Shown here piece after piece: positions 57,522 to 64,000 of a stretch of DNA of 64,000 bases. Every line of letters starts with the position of its first letter. The stretch's first letter is position 1. This DNA comes from a virus, in the IMG/VR virus record IMGVR_UViG_3300009370_000002; one strand, given 5' to 3'. The notes under the pieces were generated by a model. That model was not told the origin of the DNA. It saw nothing but the letters and a program-made list of their open reading frames with translations, and made no database searches. Both the position numbers and the translations under genes were made by a program.

Positions 57522-59599
57522 TTAATCCTTATCTTGATTCGTCTTTTAGCCTCTGTATACGTTTCTTGCCCAAAGCCTTGGGTATGTTTGATTGCTTGCA
57601 TACCAGCACTATCAACAAATATCCCAGCATACCTGTCATTAATTTCTTTTTGGATTTTGTCTAAGTCTAGTTTATTCATCGCTATTTCGTAAATTTCATT
57701 AATATGGTTGTCAATCCATTTGATGTAATCTATGGTGAAGTCAATTGCCTCTTTGGTTTGCAATTTGGTAATCCAAATGTTGATGTTCGCTCGAATCTCA
57801 GGACTATCACTTTTAACGTCTCCCTTGATATCGCCTTGCCCTGGTAATCCCACCATCACTTCAAGATGCCTTGGGAAGCTGCTGATATGGTTGGTGAGTC
57901 CTTTCCTTGTATCAATACCGGGGATTGTCTGCTGTTTCCAAGCCGCTTGCCTCGCCAATACGTCAACCTTTTCCATTGCCGATTTAACTGCTTGTTTAAT
58001 TGGCTCCTTTGAAAGCCTCAATATAAACCCGACATAGCGCTTTACTCTCCTGTCTCTTTCCGCTGAAGGGGCATAGCCTTTGAGCGGCATGTTGAAAGAC
58101 TTGATTTTCAAAGGAACCTTAAATGATTGCTTTTGCATGAAGTATATCTCATGATCCTCTTCCTCAAAGCTGGCTTCAAAGTGTTTGAGTTGCCCCTCAA
58201 GCCTCCAGAGATTCTGAGCTATATTTGAAATGTTCACTCTACCCTCAGCATTCAGGTATGCCATCAACTCTTCCAAGACGATTTCAGCCATCTCCACTTG
58301 AAAATCTTCTAGCCCCTCATCGTCATAAGAGCTTTGCAAATCCCGGCAATATCCTCTAGCATCGTCGGCATCTTGCCAGGTTCTATGCTCAAAGGGTATG
58401 CTGTATTTGATGTTCCATGGTGCCATATCGTCCAATTCAAAGCTGGTGCCATCGAGGTTCACCTCCTGATAAAGATTATCCCCGGCTAATTCATCCAGCC
58501 TCGCAACAATATCTTCTTCCGCGTTATCCCATGCACCACGTATATCATCATCTTCATACTGGTGCAATTCAGGTATCTCAAATGAGTGGTTTAGCTCAGC
58601 ACTAATTGAGATGTATGCGGTGTCATAAGTTTCTGCGTGGGCATAAATCCCAAGAGCTTCGGTGTTGTAGTGGCCGCTGTCGATGGCTTGTTCCAGTTCT
58701 TCAAGTTCCCACGCAGAACCTCTAACCGGCGGATTGTCTTCTACGTCAGCAGATATGGCTTCTAATGCTCTCAATATCTCTTCGCCGTACATTCTTTCCA
58801 ATTCACCAAGGGGCTTAGGTTCTCTTGATTCAATTGGTAAGTCCTCATTATCGAATCTGTCCCAGTATCCTTCAATTATTGGCGCATCATCGTCATCAAG
58901 CGATACTTGAATTGCGACTTTGGCATATTGATCATCGGGCTTCCTTCTATCGTCTTTAATGAAATAGAAGACTTTCGCTTCATCTTCGGTATAATCCTTG
59001 AAGTATTCATTCCCTGGCTGTGAAATACACCACTTTGTCTTTCTGCCGTAATGGCATGACGCTTCAACGGTATGAGGGCGAATAACAAAGAGGTGTTCAT
59101 CTTCATAAATAACAACCCTTTCTTTTTCTGACGTTCTCTCTTCAGCCTTGTCCCTGCCTTTACGAGCTTTGCCCACACGTTTCATGACAACCTCTTCTTT
59201 GTAGGTTCGAAGAATATCAGTTGGAGAGCCATATGCTTTGATGTCTTTCTCTTGAAATTGTTGACTGAACTTTTCAAATAGCTTAAGAGAATCGATAACT
59301 TCACTTCCCATATGCCCGAGCTTAAGCATATCAGAGCCCCAATCAAGGTATTTAATGCGCTGCTGTCGCTTTGGGGCAAATTCTTTGCCTTGTTCTTTGA
59401 ATTTCTTCAGCATATCTGAAGTGACACCTTGCCACATCCCAGGCCCCGAGTGTCGCCCGTATATCCAGACAAGAAGCCGCCGAAATTTCATTTCAAGGTG
59501 CCTATCTTCGCCCCAATAGGAATCATATAGTTTATCTTCTTTGGCTTCGTCCAAAATTATTTCATTAATTGATTCTTTCAATACTCGAATTTTAATCAT
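57518..59599 (-). CDS. 693-aa hypothetical protein with basic beta-strand tags at both ends
   Basis: MIKIRVLKE...EAKRRIKIRIK; internal ASCHYGRKTKWCIS motif. Confidence 0.6.
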   Translation of the reverse strand: MIKIRVLKESINEIILDEAKEDKLYDSYWGEDRHLEMKFRRLLVWIYGRHSGPGMWQGVTSDMLKKFKEQGKEFAPKRQQRIKYLDWGSDMLKLGHMGSEVIDSLKLFEKFSQQFQEKDIKAYGSPTDILRTYKEEVVMKRVGKARKGRDKAEERTSEKERVVIYEDEHLFVIRPHTVEASCHYGRKTKWCISQPGNEYFKDYTEDEAKVFYFIKDDRRKPDDQYAKVAIQVSLDDDDAPIIEGYWDRFDNEDLPIESREPKPLGELERMYGEEILRALEAISADVEDNPPVRGSAWELEELEQAIDSGHYNTEALGIYAHAETYDTAYISISAELNHSFEIPELHQYEDDDIRGAWDNAEEDIVARLDELAGDNLYQEVNLDGTSFELDDMAPWNIKYSIPFEHRTWQDADDARGYCRDLQSSYDDEGLEDFQVEMAEIVLEELMAYLNAEGRVNISNIAQNLWRLEGQLKHFEASFEEEDHEIYFMQKQSFKVPLKIKSFNMPLKGYAPSAERDRRVKRYVGFILRLSKEPIKQAVKSAMEKVDVLARQAAWKQQTIPGIDTRKGLTNHISSFPRHLEVMVGLPGQGDIKGDVKSDSPEIRANINIWITKLQTKEAIDFTIDYIKWIDNHINEIYEIAMNKLDLDKIQKEINDRYAGIFVDSAGMQAIKHTQGFGQETYTEAKRRIKIRIK

Positions 59600-60774
59600 T
59601 TAATCTTAATCCTTATTTTTCCCTCAGAGAAGGTGCTCGGACCCCAATTATTGCGTCGATGGCTCTTCTCAGCAGCAGCCCACTCTTCGTCTGATGGCGG
59701 ACGATCAGGAGGATAATGTTCATCGTCAAATGGGGGCGGCATATCATCAGCTTCCGGAGGCAGCGGAGGCAAATCTTTGGAATGAAACTTCTTAGCATCA
59801 TATCCAAGCTCAGGACAGTGAAAGAGCCCCTTGTCGCCCAAAATTTTTATTATATCAGGATCCTTCTTAAATATTTTCGAAATCGATTGCTTAGTCCAAG
59901 GAACATTTGCCTTTTCATCGTCAGACATTGTACGCAGTTTGGAACTCAGCGCTTTTTGTGAATCTTTCTCCCAAGCACCATAATCTTCCCCATGCGACCA
60001 CTTAACAGCAGCCCCTTGATCGCAGTCATCTTGAGGAATTGTTGGAGTCAATTGTTTAATGCCATATCTATCCGCATTTCTTTTGTTTATATCCATTTGA
60101 TCAGCTTCAACATCTCCCCTACTTGCTAAATAAAAATCCCAAACCGGCTTAGCATGCGAAGATACCATGTCTCTCGAAGATGTAAGTCCACCACCCAAAA
60201 TTGTTGCCATTTCCATGGCAACATCGTAAAGTAACGGACCCCAGCCTTTAGTTGTTTGGTAGGTTGAGTCAACAACAAATGCCCCCAAACATTCACCGCC
60301 ATCGAATTGCCCAGCTTTTTTGAAAGTAATGGAACCTCCAGGCATCCCCTCCATTGGGCTCCCTTTTGTCATTAAGTCGCCGGATATTCCTTTTTGCTTT
60401 CCAGTGTCAAATTTCAATAATATCGCAGGTTCAACAAACTTTGGGATAATCGCGCCATAAGATACTTCAAATTTTCTACCGGTATCGGTTGCTATTAAGC
60501 AGGGCATAGGCGGACCAAGCTTGAGAATTTGAGCAAAATATTTTTTAGAAAAATCATCTCGCTTTTGTTTGTCATAGAATCGCCAATTTTGCCTTGCAGC
60601 AGGAGTTATCCCAATATTGAAGAGTTCAGATAATTTCCATAAGCCATACTTTTTCCATAAACCGCGAAGCCATTCCTCGCCTTGCACGTTATCCGCAAAC
60701 CCCGACAAGTCTTCAGCATTCTTTGCCGCTTCCGTCAGCATTGCTTCTCGCCATTGTTCCATTATTAATTTCAT
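59596..60774 (-). CDS. GNAT-fold protein with EQWR tag, paralogue of 49115-50278
   Basis: KGWGPLLYDV, GGLTS, PVW, TP..PQDDCDQ shared with the 49115 protein. Confidence 0.55.
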   Translation of the reverse strand: MKLIMEQWREAMLTEAAKNAEDLSGFADNVQGEEWLRGLWKKYGLWKLSELFNIGITPAARQNWRFYDKQKRDDFSKKYFAQILKLGPPMPCLIATDTGRKFEVSYGAIIPKFVEPAILLKFDTGKQKGISGDLMTKGSPMEGMPGGSITFKKAGQFDGGECLGAFVVDSTYQTTKGWGPLLYDVAMEMATILGGGLTSSRDMVSSHAKPVWDFYLASRGDVEADQMDINKRNADRYGIKQLTPTIPQDDCDQGAAVKWSHGEDYGAWEKDSQKALSSKLRTMSDDEKANVPWTKQSISKIFKKDPDIIKILGDKGLFHCPELGYDAKKFHSKDLPPLPPEADDMPPPFDDEHYPPDRPPSDEEWAAAEKSHRRNNWGPSTFSEGKIRIKIK

Positions 60775-60794
60775 TTATTCGCACCCTTTGTCAA

Positions 60795-60802
60795 TAAATA
60801 GT
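60795..60802 (-). promoter_or_regulatory. Putative phage late promoter ACTATTTA
   Basis: About 21 nt upstream of 60774 ATG at a divergent junction. Confidence 0.6.
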
Positions 60803-60813
60803 TCGATTTTCAT

Positions 60814-60842
60814 TTGACAACCACACCAAAACAGGTTATATT
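60814..60842 (+). promoter_or_regulatory. sigma70-type promoter for tdk
   Basis: TTGACA-17-TATATT, 6 nt before ATG. Confidence 0.8.
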
Positions 60843-60848
60843 ATATAT

Positions 60849-61436
60849 ATGACAAAGCTAATCTTTTATTATTCCGGCATGAATGCTGGGAAATCGGCGC
60901 ACCTCTTACAAAAGGCGCATAACCTTGGAAGCAAGGGTGTTCCGATAAGACGCTTTACCCACCACATGGATACAAGGTGGGGCGAGGGATTGATAGTATC
61001 CCGAATTGGAATCGAAGCAAGAGCGGAAACGTTCGATGCAAGCACCGATTTTCGTTCTTTGACATTCGAAAAAGGAACCTGGGTATTTATCGACGAAGCC
61101 CAGTTCCTATCCCAACAGCAGGTGATGGACTTGGCAAATCTTGTGGATCATAACAAACTTCGTGTTATATGTTACGGACTGCGAACAGATTTCAAAGGCG
61201 AACCATTCGAGGGATCCACATATTTGATGGCTTGGGCGGATGATATTCGAGAAATCGAATCACACGATGCTTCGGGCGACAAAGCAGGATTCAATATTCG
61301 AGTGGATAATGAAGGCAATAGAGTGTTCGAAGGAAATCAAATGGACATTGGAACGCATTACCAATCGATCTCTCGCAAAGATTTTTTTCTTTACCACAAT
61401 GGACGTAAGATTCGACTTTCTTATTCGGGTGGATAA
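60849..61436 (+). CDS. tdk: Thymidine kinase (type II)
   Basis: YSGMNAGKS, FIDEAQFL, CYGLRTDFKGEPFEGS. Confidence 0.92.
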   Translation: MTKLIFYYSGMNAGKSAHLLQKAHNLGSKGVPIRRFTHHMDTRWGEGLIVSRIGIEARAETFDASTDFRSLTFEKGTWVFIDEAQFLSQQQVMDLANLVDHNKLRVICYGLRTDFKGEPFEGSTYLMAWADDIREIESHDASGDKAGFNIRVDNEGNRVFEGNQMDIGTHYQSISRKDFFLYHNGRKIRLSYSGG

Positions 61437-61759
61437 GCTTCAATGCGAACTTGATTATCAATGCAAATGGTGTGCTTCTCTATTTCTGGGAGCGCACCCT
61501 CGGTTATAGTTAAACCGGCATGACTTATACGAAACCAATAGTTGTCATAGAACTTGCCCCGTTCATTGTCGGGCTTCTTGCATCGAAAGAGAACTTCATT
61601 TTTTCTTTCTTCCACAAACATCTCTGGACATCCTGCTGAAGTTACATAAGCTTTAAGGGTTTCCAAGCAATTGTTATCACGGAAAGCATATTTGGCGCTT
61701 TGCACCAGCTTGTCTTGTTTGGCGCAGCCAAACATCAATAAGAATAGTAAAGTTGTCAT
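61421..61759 (-). CDS. Putative lipoprotein
   Basis: MTTLLFLLMFGC lipobox-like; four further Cys. Confidence 0.55.
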   Translation of the reverse strand: MTTLLFLLMFGCAKQDKLVQSAKYAFRDNNCLETLKAYVTSAGCPEMFVEERKNEVLFRCKKPDNERGKFYDNYWFRISHAGLTITEGALPEIEKHTICIDNQVRIEAYPPE

Positions 61760-62094
61760 TTTAGTCTCCATGCGAAGCGTGAACGCTTCTCTAAATAATC
61801 ATCGTCATGCTGTTGAGCATATGCCTCAACCTCAAAGGGTATCTCCATATAGGCTTCATGGCTGGACATGCGGAGGAACACCCTAGCTCTCAACCAATAG
61901 AAAGCATAAAGGAAGTAAAACCCAACCAACAGCAACTCTCGTTGCTGCGCGAGATGGATTTTTTCGTGATTGAGCGTCACCTTATTTATATCTCCTTTAC
62001 AAATAATGAAAGGGTACAATGTGATTGCCCATATGTCGATGAATATGCTTAGCCACTTTGGTACCCTGGAATTTTCGATGATGATTGGCTTCAT
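61756..62094 (-). CDS. Small HExxH membrane-associated protein
   Basis: LNHEKIH, IPFEVEAY. Confidence 0.65.
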   Translation of the reverse strand: MKPIIIENSRVPKWLSIFIDIWAITLYPFIICKGDINKVTLNHEKIHLAQQRELLLVGFYFLYAFYWLRARVFLRMSSHEAYMEIPFEVEAYAQQHDDDYLEKRSRFAWRLK

Positions 62095-62429
62095 TCGTAT
62101 AAGCCGGTTCCGTCAAGCTCAAAAGCTTCTCCAAGTTTATCGTATGCCTCTTCCAACACTTCAACAATCTTTTCGAGTTCTTCTGGGTGTCCTGCGTCGA
62201 ATTCCTTAACCCAATTCATGTATTGTGTTCGAACAAATTCTTCTTTGTTCATTGTGTAGACGCCCTCTCTTTCGGCTTCTCTTGAGCGATTTGCATCGTC
62301 TTGATCCCTTTGCCAATCAATGGAACCGTGGTATTGTTGTTCGGTTTCATCATCTGGTCCAAGCTGTCCATATGATTCTTTAAGTTCTTCTTTGATAATG
62401 TTTATCAATTGTTCTTTGGTTAACTTCAT
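62091..62429 (-). CDS. Hypothetical protein with MKLT..L..II.EEL N-terminus
   Basis: MKLTKEQLINIIKEEL; GAGG RBS. Confidence 0.65.
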   Translation of the reverse strand: MKLTKEQLINIIKEELKESYGQLGPDDETEQQYHGSIDWQRDQDDANRSREAEREGVYTMNKEEFVRTQYMNWVKEFDAGHPEELEKIVEVLEEAYDKLGEAFELDGTGLYE

Positions 62430-62448
62430 GTTTTGTTCCTCTTTCCTT

Positions 62449-62456
62449 TAAATAGT
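62449..62456 (-). promoter_or_regulatory. Putative phage late promoter ACTATTTA
   Basis: About 20 nt upstream of 62429 ATG. Confidence 0.6.
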
Positions 62457-62595
62457 TTTGAATTCTGGAAAATTTTGGCGGCGAATTTTCAAATCTCGGA
62501 AATTTTGGAAATAGTGTGAATGTACCATATACGGACGCGCCGAAAACCCAGGTTCAATGGTACTTATTTCAAAGTCATATACGAGAAGGAGGAGG

Positions 62596-62625
62596 AGGGG
62601 GGTAGGGGGAGGACCCCCCCTTTTT
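62596..62625. terminator. G/C-run hairpin, possibly a bidirectional terminator
   Basis: GGGGG-AGGA-CCCCCCC-TTTTT at 62605-62625, just past the stop of 62630-62812. Confidence 0.5.
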
Positions 62626-62629
62626 GCAA

Positions 62630-62812
62630 TTAGCTCAATTGCAAAGCTGCTGCTTGCCGAGCTTTAAGTTGTGCTGTAAGGATAGCCCGCAGTTCATACT
62701 CAGCAGTGGCACGGTTGTGACATGCAATACGCTTGGATGCACCAGAGCGGTCAGTAAGAATGAGAAGGAAACCAGTAGTAAGCTTAGGGTTAGGAACGAT
62801 TGAATATGACAT
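62630..62812 (-). CDS. Small hypothetical protein
   Basis: GGAGA RBS before ATG. Confidence 0.55.
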   Translation of the reverse strand: MSYSIVPNPKLTTGFLLILTDRSGASKRIACHNRATAEYELRAILTAQLKARQAAALQLS

Positions 62813-62866
62813 AGTGTATCTCCAAGAGAGGGGGGGTATATAGTAAGTAGGTAAGGGGTAAGTAAG

Positions 62867-63223
62867 TTAGCTAATGTCAAACTCAGAAGCAAGAAACTCC
62901 TTGTAGCCAGCTTGGAACTCCTCATCATTGTCGAGGGCTTTAGCTTCCTTAGCTGCTTCAGCAATCTCAAGACGCTTGGCTGCTCGGGCTTGCCCTTGAG
63001 AGCGAAGGTAATCAGCACGTTGCCTCCATGGTAGGATGTCCTTGTACTCGATGCCCTGATGTGAAGGGTTAGTAAGTATATCCATAAAGAGGAACTCAAG
63101 TCTATCAGCTTGAGCGTTCATGCGAGTAGCTAACTCAACAAGGAATTCAGGGTTGCGTTGATCGGCATAGGCATCAACAGTTTCGGCATAGCGTTCGAGG
63201 TTAAGGAAATCGATTCGTGACAT
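62867..63223 (-). CDS. Hypothetical helical protein
   Basis: MSRIDF start after GGAGA RBS and sigma70 promoter. Confidence 0.65.
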   Translation of the reverse strand: MSRIDFLNLERYAETVDAYADQRNPEFLVELATRMNAQADRLEFLFMDILTNPSHQGIEYKDILPWRQRADYLRSQGQARAAKRLEIAEAAKEAKALDNDEEFQAGYKEFLASEFDIS

Positions 63224-63275
63224 GTAGTCTCCAGAGGGGAAGTGAAAGGGAAGAACTTTTTTGTTCTCTATATAT

Positions 63276-63304
63276 AATTTATCCGATCCAGAAGGGTTTG
63301 TCAA
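63276..63304 (-). promoter_or_regulatory. sigma70-type promoter
   Basis: TTGACA-17-TAAATT. Confidence 0.6.
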
Positions 63305-63327
63305 ACCGGAAACGGACAGAATATGTC

Positions 63328-63411
63328 CTAAATGAAAATTAAATAAAAGAGTAGTGTCCAACAGATGCCATCAATTAAGCCGGCAAGTATAAGGGTTTGG
63401 TTTCGTGTCAT
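63328..63411 (-). CDS. 27-aa single-TM peptide (not in ORF track)
   Basis: MTRNQTLILAGLIDGICWTLLFYLIFI; GGAGA RBS. Confidence 0.55.
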   Translation of the reverse strand: MTRNQTLILAGLIDGICWTLLFYLIFI

Positions 63412-63419
63412 CGTATCTC

Positions 63420-63500
63420 CTATATGAAACATGCAAGCCATGCGATTATAAACATTCCTAAGCCAAAAACAAAGCCATCCATTACATCTCTATTCAGCAT
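63420..63500 (-). CDS. 26-aa single-TM peptide (not in ORF track)
   Basis: MLNRDVMDGFVFGLGMFIIAWLACFI; AGGAGG RBS. Confidence 0.55.
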   Translation of the reverse strand: MLNRDVMDGFVFGLGMFIIAWLACFI

Positions 63501-63756
63501 CGTAAAATCCTCCTTGATTAGGGTCTCGTTCCCAGCCTTGGAACTTGAAGCGTTTCACTCTCAATATGTCGATGAACTTGTCATCAGTCTTCAGGGAAGT
63601 GTAGGGATAGAATTCCTTTTCACTCATCACCTTGATGTGATAGTCACCCATCTTACGTTGAGCTACTACGTAGTAGTCACAGTTGTTCTGAAGCATAAGC
63701 TTTTCAGCTTGCTTGGTTGCCTTGAACAGGGATAGCGGTTGAGGTTTCCTTGACAT
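63490..63756 (-). CDS. Small hypothetical protein
   Basis: AAGGAG RBS. Confidence 0.6.
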   Translation of the reverse strand: MSRKPQPLSLFKATKQAEKLMLQNNCDYYVVAQRKMGDYHIKVMSEKEFYPYTSLKTDDKFIDILRVKRFKFQGWERDPNQGGFYDAE

Positions 63757-63764
63757 GGTTCTCC

Positions 63765-63890
63765 TTAGTCTATGAAGGTATGGGTAAAGGTTGCGGAGTT
63801 CTGAGCTTTCTTCTCTCGAAGTCTCTTCAACAGAGCGAAGACGGTTCGAGGCTTGTTAGCTGAAAGCTTGATAGTCTTTGGTGCTGACAT
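63765..63890 (-). CDS. 41-aa basic peptide (not in ORF track)
   Basis: MSAPKTIKLSANKPRTVFALLKRLREKKAQNSATFTHTFID; start context AGAACCATGTC shared with next gene. Confidence 0.5.
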   Translation of the reverse strand: MSAPKTIKLSANKPRTVFALLKRLREKKAQNSATFTHTFID

Positions 63891-64000
63891 GGTTCTGAAC
63901 TGATAAGTGATAACGTGCATGGATTATGCCTCTGCTGGGTTAGGGTGGGTTAGAACAGCTTGTAAGATAGTTGCTTCAACTTGCTTTCTGATCTCTTCTG

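Noticed and set aside
57518-59599. PcfJ-like domain assignment for ASCHYGRKTKWCIS
   Set aside because: Only a vague resemblance; cannot support without a profile search
34041-62094. Three HExxH proteins (34041, 44873, 61756) as one system
   Set aside because: Dispersed and share nothing beyond the motif
1-64000. CRISPR array, integrase, transposase or rRNA
   Set aside because: No regularly spaced repeats or such motifs seen; the Cas4-like nuclease has no cas neighbours
1-64000. Stop-codon reassignment, as in some jumbo phages
   Set aside because: Standard code gives full-length, densely packed genes ending in TAA, TGA and TAG

Overview
This is a gene-dense segment, almost all on the minus strand, most consistent with a large (jumbo-type, probably contractile-tailed) dsDNA bacteriophage using the standard genetic code. 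No terminase, capsid or polymerase gene lies in the window, so phage identity is inferred from a baseplate-spike-like gene, tail-type peptidoglycan hydrolases, a stand-alone sigma factor, PhoH, thymidine kinase, a lone tmRNA and tRNA, and many orphan genes. Layout: (1) 2-14.3 kb, a 3065-aa orphan, a spike-like protein and three paralogous cell-wall peptidases; (2) 14.2-16 kb, a sigma factor and small genes; (3) 16-31.7 kb, an AT-rich glycan island with a doubled nonulosonic (sialic/pseudaminic-type) acid pathway, including two CMAH-like MBL proteins and several glycosyltransferases; (4) 31.7-43.7 kb, metabolic and nucleic-acid genes (GS-II, MT-A70, PD-(D/E)XK nuclease, PIN-PhoH, eukaryote-type PMM); (5) 39.7-62.4 kb, many unrelated proteins (kinase, two GNAT paralogues, HAD-NUDIX, orphans) sharing short terminal peptide tags and an upstream ACTA-N-TTA motif, which I interpret as late-expressed, capsid-packaged cargo; (6) 55-57.1 kb, a plus-strand island (PiT-like transporter, tmRNA, tRNA-Gly, KOW-like miniproteins); (7) a non-coding junction at 62.43-62.63 kb followed by a region of small genes with different composition. 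All functional calls come from motif recognition by eye; no searches were run.
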